Position numbers and translations under genes: made by a program
Assembly (NCBI GenBank): GCA_000146045.2
Contig: BK006945.2
Coordinates: 320,001-384,000, forward strand
Source: TPA_inf: Saccharomyces
Taxonomy: Eukaryota
Length of the DNA: 64,000 nt
Reading direction: 5' to 3'
Part shown: positions 1 to 9,763 of the stretch, piece after piece
Layout: every line of letters begins with the position of its first letter
How positions within the stretch are numbered: the first letter of the stretch is position 1
The notes under the pieces: generated by a model
What the model was told of the DNA's origin: nothing
The model's input: only the letters and a program-made list of their open reading frames with translations
Databases searched by the model: none

Positions 1-700
1 AGACAGTGATAACATCGTGGAGAGAGCAAAATAAAGACTGGGGAAATATATTTATATGCGTTCAATTGAGAAGCAGAAACAATTAAATGCGGGGGAGAAA
101 CAAAGAAGCTGGTCCTGTTCTCGAGCAACGTGTGACTAGTATGAACAACTAGAGTAAAATAGCGAGAAAGCAGTAGTAGTAACGGAAGAGCTTTTCCTAG
201 TATGGTCCGCGGGTCACGATCGTTTACAAAGGGCGCAGCAAACTCTAAATACGTCAACCACAGCAGGTCAGAAGAGTACGTGAAGTTGTCTCAACGAAAG
301 GTCGAAAATCGTTAGGCTTGGACCCCTTCAGAATGAAAAAAAAAAAAGACGCAAGAGTGAAAAAAAAACCAGTACTGTAAAAGCAGAAAACGTCTAATGG
401 GAAGTGCTACTATGTAAGATTATATCATGAATGTGCTGTGTATTATATATGGATTATATAGCCACGAATATGCGGTAAATAAACATATGCATATATGTGT
501 GTGGGGCAGCGCTCTGCTGTGCAATCCTTGTTTCTTTGTTTCTTGGGTCGGGATTTGAGTAGCGACGAGCCATCCTCTGCAGAAGGGAAGAAGAAAGAAA
601 GGCAGAGAGGCAAAGAAAGAGTCAGGCTTATCTTATCTTAAGAGATATGCCGCTTGGACCCAAAAGAAAGGGAAAAGTAAGTACGCAGGTGTAGTTTTGA

Positions 701-2080
701 ATGAGTGGCAGTGATAGAGGAGACCGGTTATACGATGTGTTGGGGGTGACGAGAGATGCGACCGTGCAAGAGATTAAAACTGCTTACAGAAAGCTTGCCC
801 TGAAACATCATCCGGACAAGTATGTGGATCAAGACTCAAAGGAGGTAAATGAAATCAAATTCAAAGAGATCACTGCCGCTTACGAGATCTTGAGCGATCC
901 GGAGAAGAAATCACATTACGACTTGTATGGTGATGATAATGGTGCCGCTAGCAGCGGTGGCGCTAATGGCTTTGGAGATGAAGATTTTATGAACTTCTTT
1001 AACAATTTCTTCAATAATGGAAGTCACGATGGAAATAATTTCCCTGGCGAGTATGATGCGTACGAAGAGGGCAACTCTACAAGCTCTAAGGATATCGATA
1101 TCGATATATCTCTTACTTTGAAGGATTTGTACATGGGCAAGAAGCTGAAGTTTGATTTAAAGAGACAGGTCATCTGTATAAAGTGCCACGGTTCTGGCTG
1201 GAAACCAAAGAGGAAAATTCACGTTACACACGATGTGGAATGTGAATCATGCGCTGGAAAGGGTTCAAAGGAACGTCTGAAGAGGTTTGGTCCCGGTTTG
1301 GTAGCTTCGCAATGGGTGGTCTGTGAGAAATGTAATGGTAAGGGGAAGTACACTAAAAGACCCAAGAATCCAAAGAACTTTTGCCCCGATTGCGCAGGCT
1401 TGGGGCTCCTGTCAAAGAAGGAAATCATCACAGTGAACGTGGCTCCGGGACACCACTTTAACGACGTAATTACAGTCAAGGGGATGGCGGACGAGGAAAT
1501 CGATAAGACCACATGTGGTGATTTAAAGTTCCATCTCACTGAAAAACAAGAAAACTTGGAGCAGAAGCAAATCTTTTTGAAGAACTTTGACGACGGCGCC
1601 GGGGAAGATTTGTATACAAGCATTACCATATCGTTAAGCGAGGCCTTGACGGGATTTGAGAAATTTTTGACAAAAACCTTCGACGACAGGTTACTAACAT
1701 TGAGCGTTAAACCTGGCAGAGTAGTAAGACCTGGTGACACCATCAAAATCGCCAATGAAGGTTGGCCCATTTTAGATAACCCTCATGGCCGGTGCGGCGA
1801 TCTGTATGTTTTCGTTCATATTGAATTTCCACCAGATAACTGGTTCAATGAAAAATCAGAACTACTAGCAATAAAAACGAATCTGCCGTCATCTTCATCT
1901 TGTGCCTCACATGCGACTGTAAATACTGAAGATGACAGCAACCTGACTAACAACGAAACTATATCAAATTTCCGGATCATTCACACGGACGATCTTCCAG
2001 AAGGGATAAGGCCGTTCAAGCCAGAAGCACAGGATTCAGCGCATCAGAAAGCAAGAAGTTCGTACTGCTGTATCCAATGA
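701..2080 (+). CDS. XDJ1: Type I DnaJ/Hsp40 co-chaperone: J-domain with HPD motif, Gly/Phe-rich region, four CxxCxGxG zinc-finger repeats, C-terminal CCIQ (CaaX-like)
   Basis: The 459-aa ORF begins MSGSDRGDRLYDVLGV...HHPDKY, a J-domain. It has four CxxCxGxG repeats (CIKCHGSG, CESCAGKG, CEKCNGKG, CPDCAGLG). Length and neighbours match YLR090W. ATG verified at 701. Confidence 0.9.
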   Translation: MSGSDRGDRLYDVLGVTRDATVQEIKTAYRKLALKHHPDKYVDQDSKEVNEIKFKEITAAYEILSDPEKKSHYDLYGDDNGAASSGGANGFGDEDFMNFFNNFFNNGSHDGNNFPGEYDAYEEGNSTSSKDIDIDISLTLKDLYMGKKLKFDLKRQVICIKCHGSGWKPKRKIHVTHDVECESCAGKGSKERLKRFGPGLVASQWVVCEKCNGKGKYTKRPKNPKNFCPDCAGLGLLSKKEIITVNVAPGHHFNDVITVKGMADEEIDKTTCGDLKFHLTEKQENLEQKQIFLKNFDDGAGEDLYTSITISLSEALTGFEKFLTKTFDDRLLTLSVKPGRVVRPGDTIKIANEGWPILDNPHGRCGDLYVFVHIEFPPDNWFNEKSELLAIKTNLPSSSSCASHATVNTEDDSNLTNNETISNFRIIHTDDLPEGIRPFKPEAQDSAHQKARSSYCCIQ

Positions 2081-2296
2081 TGGCATCAATAACTTTTTAT
2101 TCTATTTTTTTTTTTTTTTCATAAGTTATCCTACCTGTATATATGTATATATATGAAATTCATTTACTGAATGCGGTGAAGAATGAAGTCTTTCGCACCT
2201 TCAGTAGAAAAATAGGAAGAATCCCCATCGCGGCGGACATAAAGCAAGCATACAAAGGCCTTCTATCAGAACAGCGATTGCGAACTTGGAGCAACA

Positions 2297-3178
2297 ATGG
2301 CGTCCCAGGTTAACGCCTTATTACTGCCGGTCATAGAGTCTACGCCGCTTCATCAAATAACCAAGGTAGCATTGACGACCACACTCACAAGTAAACAAAG
2401 CGATTACAAGTTCAAAGAAATAGCCGTGCCGTTAACAAAATCACTACAACTGTACGAGAAGGCGCAAAGAAGACAAGATTTAAGGGCAAGCTTAAAAGCA
2501 CTGGAGAGTATCATTTACCAAACGCACTTCCAATGGAATAACCCGCTCCCACGACATGCGCATCTCTTCCAAAAACACTACCACTTTCTACTGACTCACT
2601 GGCCATTTGAGAACCACAGAGACTTGGTAGATTCCATCGCTGTAAACAATGGGAAACTAAATTCAACGTCTTCAAGGAGCGTCTGGCTGAAGGCGGATTG
2701 GATAACACTGTTTAACGTTAAAAACCCTTGGGTCCAAACGCCGCCATCGTTAATGCGTCTGAGTGGGACAGATCTTGATACCTTCACACCAGAGAGGATA
2801 TTCCTGATAAATTCTCTTGGAAACCACTACAAATTTTTAATAGCGAACAGTCATCTAAGCTACAATCACAAAAAATACCCCTCCCCTGGCGTGCAAATTC
2901 CTGTCAGGAACGCTCTTGGCGAAGTTTCTCCGGCCAAACAAATTGCCCAACTTTTCGCAAGACAGCTGTCTCATATTTACAAGAGCCTCTTCATAGAAAA
3001 CCCCCCGCTCTCTCCTGAGAACGAGCTGGCATTGACTGCCGTCTTCTATGACGAGACTGTAGAGCGACGCCTTAGAAGGCTCTATATGCGAGCTTGTGCA
3101 AGGGCATATACGACTACTAATGCCGACTCCACCACGGAGCCTTTGATGTTTCATTGCACCCGGTGGGAAGTTGATTAG
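2297..3178 (+). CDS. GEP5: Mitochondrial genome maintenance protein (293 aa)
   Basis: A 293-aa ORF lies between XDJ1 and SUL2, in the position and with the length of YLR091W. I recognise no strong domain in it. Confidence 0.7.
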   Translation: MASQVNALLLPVIESTPLHQITKVALTTTLTSKQSDYKFKEIAVPLTKSLQLYEKAQRRQDLRASLKALESIIYQTHFQWNNPLPRHAHLFQKHYHFLLTHWPFENHRDLVDSIAVNNGKLNSTSSRSVWLKADWITLFNVKNPWVQTPPSLMRLSGTDLDTFTPERIFLINSLGNHYKFLIANSHLSYNHKKYPSPGVQIPVRNALGEVSPAKQIAQLFARQLSHIYKSLFIENPPLSPENELALTAVFYDETVERRLRRLYMRACARAYTTTNADSTTEPLMFHCTRWEVD

Positions 3179-3209
3179 TTGTTGTTGGCTGTTATACTGG
3201 AGTAAATGT

Positions 3210-3241
3210 CACGTGCCACTGTGGCCGTGTCAGGTCACGTG
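3210..3241. promoter_or_regulatory. Two Cbf1-type E-boxes (TCACGTG) flanking a Met31/32-like CTGTGG core, about 300 bp upstream of SUL2
   Basis: CACGTG occurs at 3210-3215 and 3236-3241. CCACTGTGGC at 3216-3225 carries the CTGTGG core of the Met31/32 AAACTGTGG element. This is the expected architecture for a MET-regulon sulfate permease gene. Confidence 0.45.
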
Positions 3242-3543
3242 AAGAGAGAAATTCGGCCACAGTTGTGGTCCTAAACAAGGACTGAAAAAGATCGCAGAAA
3301 CTAGCAACGTCGGATAGCGGTATGGTTGAACCAAAGTCCAGTTTTTAGTCATAGCCGGTTGAGGGATGATCTGCCGTTCAGTGTTCTGCGTTCAATAATA
3401 CGCATATATATATATATCAAGGTATCAACACAATACTTGAACAGGTTAGGCTCGTACTAAAGCCTGGAAGTTTTTATCTTTCTGTAACATTTTTCTTTCT
3501 TGAGGTGTGTGTGTGTATAGATTAGCAGGGAATTATCTAAGAT

Positions 3544-6225
3544 ATGTCCAGGGAAGGTTATCCAAACTTTGAAGAGGTAGAAATTCCTGACTTTCAGGAA
3601 ACTAACAACACCGTTCCAGATCTTGATGATTTAGAATTAGAGTATGACCAATATAAAAATAATGAAAATAATGACACGTTTAATGATAAGGACTTAGAGA
3701 GCAATTCTGTAGCAAAGCACAACGCAGTGAACAGCTCAAAGGGCGTAAAAGGCTCGAAGATTGACTACTTTAATCCTTCAGATGTCTCGTTGTATGACAA
3801 TTCCGTTTCCCAATTTGAAGAAACAACGGTATCGCTAAAAGAGTACTATGACCACAGTATACGATCTCATCTCACGGTGAAAGGAGCATGTAGTTATCTT
3901 AAGAGTGTTTTTCCCATCATCAACTGGCTACCACATTACAATTTTAGCTGGTTTACTGCGGATCTTATTGCAGGAATTACCATTGGCTGTGTTCTCGTGC
4001 CGCAATCCATGTCATATGCACAAGTCGCCACGCTACCAGCGCAGTATGGGTTGTACTCCTCGTTTATTGGTGCTTACTCCTACTCTTTTTTCGCTACATC
4101 AAAAGATGTTTGTATTGGGCCCGTGGCTGTCATGTCTTTGCAGACCGCCAAAGTCATTGCGGATGTCACGGCAAAATATCCTGATGGAGATTCTGCCATA
4201 ACTGGTCCCGTTATTGCAACGACTCTAGCGTTACTATGTGGTATCATTTCGGCAGCAGTTGGCTTCTTGCGTCTAGGGTTTCTTGTCGAACTGATTTCCT
4301 TAAATGCAGTCGCTGGATTTATGACTGGATCCGCGTTTAATATCTTATGGGGTCAAGTTCCAGCACTAATGGGTTACAATAGTTTGGTTAACACGAGAGC
4401 TGCCACCTATAAAGTGGTCATAGAGACCTTGAAACATTTACCAGATACCAAACTGGACGCAGTTTTTGGGCTAATCCCGCTTTTCCTTCTTTATGTTTGG
4501 AAATGGTGGTGCGGAACATATGGACCAAGGTTGAACGATAGATACAACTCCAAAAACCCAAGGTTACACAAAATTATCAAATGGACATATTTTTACGCTC
4601 AGGCTTCCAGAAATGGTATCATTATTATTGTATTCACTTGTATTGGTTGGGCAATCACAAGAGGCAAATCTAAATCGGAGAGGCCCATCAGCATCCTAGG
4701 CTCAGTTCCATCCGGTTTGAAAGAAGTCGGGGTTTTCCATGTTCCACCAGGATTAATGTCTAAGCTTGGTCCAAATTTGCCTGCATCCATTATTGTGTTA
4801 TTGTTGGAGCATATCGCTATTTCGAAGTCTTTTGGTAGAATCAACGACTATAAAGTCGTCCCCGACCAAGAATTGATTGCTATTGGTGTCTCGAACCTTT
4901 TAGGTACTTTCTTCAATGCTTACCCAGCGACTGGTTCCTTTTCAAGGTCTGCTTTGAAGGCTAAATGTAATGTCCGTACGCCGTTATCTGGTTTGTTTTC
5001 GGGTTCATGTGTTCTTTTAGCATTATATTGTTTGACCGGCGCATTCTTTTACATTCCAAAGGCTACCTTATCTGCAGTTATCATTCACGCTGTATCTGAT
5101 CTTTTGGCCTCTTATCAAACTACCTGGAATTTCTGGAAGATGAATCCATTGGACTTCATCTGTTTCATTGTCACCGTCCTAATAACGGTATTTGCCTCTA
5201 TTGAAGATGGTATTTATTTTGCCATGTGCTGGTCATGTGCAATGCTCATTTTAAAAGTGGCTTTCCCAGCGGGAAAATTCTTGGGTCGTGTGGAAGTCGC
5301 TGAAGTTACTGATGCTTACGTCAGACCGGACTCCGATGTGGTTAGCTACGTGTCTGAAAATAACAATGGTATTTCCACTTTAGAAGATGGTGGTGAGGAT
5401 GACAAGGAAAGTTCCACCAAATACGTCACAAATTCCTCCAAGAAAATAGAAACAAACGTTCAAACAAAGGGCTTTGATTCTCCATCTTCTTCGATTAGCC
5501 AGCCAAGGATAAAATACCATACTAAATGGATACCGTTTGATCATAAATACACAAGAGAATTGAACCCGGACGTTCAGATTCTCCCCCCACCAGACGGTGT
5601 TCTTGTTTATAGGCTATCAGAGAGCTACACCTATCTCAACTGTTCCAGACACTACAACATCATAACCGAAGAAGTTAAAAAAGTTACCAGACGTGGTCAA
5701 TTAATTCGCCACAGAAAAAAATCTGACCGTCCATGGAATGATCCTGGTCCATGGGAAGCACCTGCTTTCTTAAAGAATTTGAAATTCTGGAAGAAAAGGG
5801 AGAACGACCCTGAATCCATGGAAAACGCGCCCAGCACCTCAGTCGATGTTGAAAGAGATGACAGGCCATTGCTGAAAATACTATGCTTAGACTTCTCACA
5901 AGTGGCACAGACAGACGCTACGGCTCTTCAATCATTGGTTGATTTGAGAAAGGCCATAAATCAATATGCAGATAGGCAAGTTGAATTCCACTTTGTGGGT
6001 ATCATTTCACCATGGGTGAAGAGAGGTTTAATTAGCAGAGGATTTGGTACTCTGAACGAAGAATACAGTGATGAATCCATTGTTGCCGGTCATACAAGTT
6101 ATCACGTCGCCAGAGTACCTCAAGGCGAAGAAAATCCTGAAAAATATAGCGTTTATACCGCTTCAGGAACAAATCTACCTTTCTTCCATATCGATATCCC
6201 AGATTTTGCTAAATGGGATATCTAG
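3544..6225 (+). CDS. SUL2: High-affinity sulfate permease, SLC26/SulP family with C-terminal STAS domain
   Basis: The 893-aa ORF has multiple hydrophobic TM segments in the N-terminal two-thirds and a hydrophilic C-terminal domain. Length and position match YLR092W. Confidence 0.9.
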   Translation: MSREGYPNFEEVEIPDFQETNNTVPDLDDLELEYDQYKNNENNDTFNDKDLESNSVAKHNAVNSSKGVKGSKIDYFNPSDVSLYDNSVSQFEETTVSLKEYYDHSIRSHLTVKGACSYLKSVFPIINWLPHYNFSWFTADLIAGITIGCVLVPQSMSYAQVATLPAQYGLYSSFIGAYSYSFFATSKDVCIGPVAVMSLQTAKVIADVTAKYPDGDSAITGPVIATTLALLCGIISAAVGFLRLGFLVELISLNAVAGFMTGSAFNILWGQVPALMGYNSLVNTRAATYKVVIETLKHLPDTKLDAVFGLIPLFLLYVWKWWCGTYGPRLNDRYNSKNPRLHKIIKWTYFYAQASRNGIIIIVFTCIGWAITRGKSKSERPISILGSVPSGLKEVGVFHVPPGLMSKLGPNLPASIIVLLLEHIAISKSFGRINDYKVVPDQELIAIGVSNLLGTFFNAYPATGSFSRSALKAKCNVRTPLSGLFSGSCVLLALYCLTGAFFYIPKATLSAVIIHAVSDLLASYQTTWNFWKMNPLDFICFIVTVLITVFASIEDGIYFAMCWSCAMLILKVAFPAGKFLGRVEVAEVTDAYVRPDSDVVSYVSENNNGISTLEDGGEDDKESSTKYVTNSSKKIETNVQTKGFDSPSSSISQPRIKYHTKWIPFDHKYTRELNPDVQILPPPDGVLVYRLSESYTYLNCSRHYNIITEEVKKVTRRGQLIRHRKKSDRPWNDPGPWEAPAFLKNLKFWKKRENDPESMENAPSTSVDVERDDRPLLKILCLDFSQVAQTDATALQSLVDLRKAINQYADRQVEFHFVGIISPWVKRGLISRGFGTLNEEYSDESIVAGHTSYHVARVPQGEENPEKYSVYTASGTNLPFFHIDIPDFAKWDI

Positions 6226-6512
6226 CCAATGCATTTACAATGGACATGCAAACATTTATATCATCTCTTTTTTTCTATATTCCTAAACCAAAAAGTTTTC
6301 CCCCTTAAAAGTATACATTTAATATCATAATGAGATAGACACTGTTTATATAATAAGAAATAATAGGTAGGATGGTGCCATCGTGAGCATATACATACCT
6401 ATAAATATTTACCTTATTTTTATTTTATTTTTCTCTTCCTCTCAGGAACAAAAGAAATACAACCGTTATTAATGTTATTGTCGTGGGACAGCTCCCCTTT
6501 TTTTTTATTTAC

Positions 6513-7415
6513 TTACCACAGATAGAAAAACATGAAAGCAGCACTTACAAATAGTATAATAGTGAAAGTTAATAACGTAATATTTTTGACCTTCTGCCAC
6601 CACATTATTTCTTTTATATTGACCGCTTTGCGCCTAAATTTATTACTGCTGCTATTTAGTTGGGAAGTTTTATCCACCAATAAAGAAACTCTTTCTTGTC
6701 TCTCCAAGAACTTGTCGATGTTATCGTTCATTATCTGGATGACGTCCTTTATTTGGTCTTCGGTGGCATCCCCGATGTCACTTATAGTGTTCTGACCATT
6801 CCCATTACTAGATTGGCCATTTCCAGAACTATTTAAAGTTTGGTTACGGTATTCGACCAGCTCTTCATGGAAAGAGTCTAGTATTTGACCTACATGCGAA
6901 CTTAAAAGTTCGTTTGTAGCGTTGGACTCGTATTCCTGCAGCCCACTTAGTATCCTGATGGGCAAAATCTTGGGCATATCTACTAATGTGAAGCAAACGT
7001 ACACAGTTTTGGGGTCATGGTCATCCGTGGAGTAGAAACAATCGAATCCGTCGATGAGATTCATTGACATCTTGGTAACTTTGTTCCCCTTGATCGGAAC
7101 TACTTTGGGTAATACCATATCCATGATCAAATTATGGAAAATGACCGGCGTTATCTGCTCGTTTGCTGAAGTTATTGTACCATAGTTTTCGTTTTTCTGG
7201 AACGGCTGGAAACAACTAGATATTGTTTCACCATTTTTTATAACTTCCACATAACTTACTAAGACCATATGCAAAATCAAGCAAAATGGAACGTTAGTCT
7301 ACTGAATGTAACATAGTAAAATTATGGCATGGGGGGATGAGCATTCGCATAATCCCTTTTTTAAACATTTGTTAATTGTGTAGAAATATTTATACATACC
7401 ATTAAAGCGTTTCAT
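6513..7415 (-). CDS. NYV1: Vacuolar v-SNARE (longin/synaptobrevin-like), spliced: exon1 7400..7415 (ATGAAACGCTTTAATG), exon2 6513..7258; product begins MKRFNVSYVEVIKNGE
   Basis: The ORF track gives only exon 2 (6513..7280, with a TTG pseudo-start). On the minus strand there is an upstream ATG at 7415-7413 followed 16 nt later by GTATGT (7399-7394). A GACTAAC branch-like site sits at about 7293-7299 and a TAG acceptor at 7261-7259. The spliced reading restores the known MKRFNVSYVEV N-terminus. The C-terminal hydrophobic TM anchor (IILFVSAAFMFFYLW) is typical of SNAREs. Confidence 0.85.
7259..7399 (-). other. NYV1: Spliceosomal intron of NYV1 (141 nt, GTATGT...GACTAAC...TAG)
   Basis: The canonical yeast 5' splice site GTATGT begins 1 nt after codon 5. 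The 3' TAG lies 34 nt downstream of a GACTAAC branch-like sequence. Confidence 0.8.
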
Positions 7416-7729
7416 TTGGTAAAAATATAAAAGTCCAATGCTCTAACAGCTTAATAAATTGTCGCTTTTCACTCTGTTCTTCAAATTTAATAGCTGTTGC
7501 TCCAACTTAGTCAAGTGCTAGAAAATTCATAGAGGGGCTTTTTTTCATCATTATTGTGACCTCATTTTTTCTTTCTTCGATCGTTTGAGGCGAATATTAC
7601 CCGGGCGCTTGGTGGTAATGCGTTGTTTTAAATATTATATATAATGAATGTGGTGGTAGAATATATAGTTTACTATTTTTAGATAATGCAAATGGGTGGG
7701 GTGAAGGCGATGAAAAGGTGGGGGGTCTA

Positions 7730-9238
7730 TCAGAGAAACCTGCTGTCACACCAGCCCTTTACGACATATTGAATCTCTCTCGTAGGTGCGGAAGTCTTAT
7801 TGGTGACTTTGCCTAAATTTAGTTTTCCGCATGGTTTGAGCATTGTGCCGCCATTGTTGAACCATGGCTTGACGTCTGAGTGTACGCGGACCAAAGAACT
7901 TTTCAAATCCGCCGTTGCATGTTCGCTTGCGGATTCACGGCCTTGCGAAGGTTCCGTATTGCTTGTCGTTGCAACAAAGTGCAAATTCCAGGGGGTAGAA
8001 TCGCCAAAAAGATCATTTCTTGTTTCATGGACCATGTCAGACCATAATTTTTTCCTAGTAATTAGGGCAAGCTTAATATCGTTCGTAGAGACATTTGGCT
8101 CCTTTTTGATTTCCAAAGACCGAATTTCGGAATACGTTAGCTGCTTCAACAGATGGTCATCTACTTCGACTTCGGGTAAAATACTCTTCCTTTTACATGA
8201 TGTTTCAATAGAGTATAACTTTAGGAAATTGGTATTCAAACTTTTTTGTCTTATTCTTTTATTGGGCAAGAGCTCGCTAGATGCAATCGAACCGTCGGTC
8301 TCGGGCGATGGTGATGCAGATGGCCATTGTTCTAATTCTACCAGGTCATTTTCGTAAATCATGTTTTCTGTAGTCGATTTGCTCCTACTCTTCCTTCTTG
8401 AAGTCTTGCCGCCTTTCTTGTCGATGATTTGGAAGTCCACAGAGGTCGGACGAAGTTTGGCATCGGACGACGCAGAAACCAGTGAAAGGGCAGAGGACGA
8501 TCGCGGACGCCGTTCGTATACGGGAGGAAAGATATCGACTAAATCCTTAACCTCCCAGTCGTCGAACAAATCGAGATCATTTATGTTTATTATTTTCATT
8601 TTGGGCACGACCGGCTCAGCCAGTACCTCATCGCCAATCGCGGGGGTCTGCAAATCGACAGCGTCAGCAATATCATCTGTCAAGGGATGAAGTTTAGAGG
8701 AGCTCAATGAAGAACAGTCGCTTTGAGCTTCCTCGGAGAACTTCCTCTTTATGCTCTGTGTTAAGTGGCCCTCATGTATGGGGCATTCGCCCGATAACGT
8801 CTTGGCGGAATTTGTTTTCCTAACTTGCGACATGACCGAGCTTAAGGACGGGGTCATCAAAGATGAGCGATTTTCGTTCAGCAGTTCGGAATCGTCTCGA
8901 GCCTTCAGTATTCTAGTCCTCTTGAAGCTATTCCTCTTGGTTAGTGTTCTAGTACGTTCAGCGCTTCCTTGACCATCGAACTGCGGCTTAGTGGAGTGGA
9001 AATAAATCTCATCGCTCACCGTCCTATTACTTGTGGCGGTCTTGTTCATGCTGGCGCTGGCTAACTTGTTATTCTTCTTATTAGTAGCGGTAGCGTAAAA
9101 TGACTTGGGATAAAATACCTTTGATGAGTCGCTCCATGAGTGCAATGCGCCATCATCACGTATGCTTTTGATGAGGCAATGTTCATGCACATGAGCATCG
9201 TGCATTAGTGTGTGATTTGTGTTCACGTCCAGCAGCAT
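7730..9238 (-). CDS. GIS3: Ser-rich low-complexity protein, 502 aa (GIg Suppressor)
   Basis: The 502-aa ORF matches YLR094C in length and position. It is Ser/Thr/Lys-rich with no clear catalytic motif. Confidence 0.75.
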   Translation of the reverse strand: MLLDVNTNHTLMHDAHVHEHCLIKSIRDDGALHSWSDSSKVFYPKSFYATATNKKNNKLASASMNKTATSNRTVSDEIYFHSTKPQFDGQGSAERTRTLTKRNSFKRTRILKARDDSELLNENRSSLMTPSLSSVMSQVRKTNSAKTLSGECPIHEGHLTQSIKRKFSEEAQSDCSSLSSSKLHPLTDDIADAVDLQTPAIGDEVLAEPVVPKMKIININDLDLFDDWEVKDLVDIFPPVYERRPRSSSALSLVSASSDAKLRPTSVDFQIIDKKGGKTSRRKSRSKSTTENMIYENDLVELEQWPSASPSPETDGSIASSELLPNKRIRQKSLNTNFLKLYSIETSCKRKSILPEVEVDDHLLKQLTYSEIRSLEIKKEPNVSTNDIKLALITRKKLWSDMVHETRNDLFGDSTPWNLHFVATTSNTEPSQGRESASEHATADLKSSLVRVHSDVKPWFNNGGTMLKPCGKLNLGKVTNKTSAPTREIQYVVKGWCDSRFL

Positions 9239-9676
9239 TCTATAATTATGTCTTGTTGAAAGTGTTCTGTATGTTCGTGTCTATCCAAAGAAACAAGTAA
9301 TTGAGAAAACTAGCCATCAAATACTTGTGAAGAAGCGAGTTTCCATTCTCTGTTTCACTCGTTTGGCGTTCTCACCATCCCACTTTTATTTCATTGGCTT
9401 TTTTAACACAATAAGGCGCCTTCAGCACCTTTGCCGCGCATTAAGGATGGCCACTGACGAAAAACCGGATAAAAAAAGACGAAAAAATGCCGTCTGACCC
9501 TAGTCAGGAGCCGCCTCATACACCCTAATTATTTTGGCGCTAAGCCCTAAGCATCATTATTACCCGACATGAAGCGACAGAAGCCCTACGGATGTGCGGC
9601 TGGAAAAGAAAGTTTCATGAAGAACCAGTTGATATATATTTTACTATATACTTTTGCTGTGTATTTCTATATGAGG

Positions 9677-9729
9677 CTAGTTGGTTGGTGGGAACTGGAA
9701 GTGAAAGTTCTGTTCTTTAGGGTGCAGCG

Positions 9730-9763
<34 letters not shown>

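Noticed and set aside
1219-1770. 183-aa antisense ORF inside XDJ1
   Set aside because: It is fully contained in a well-supported coding gene on the opposite strand and has no motifs.
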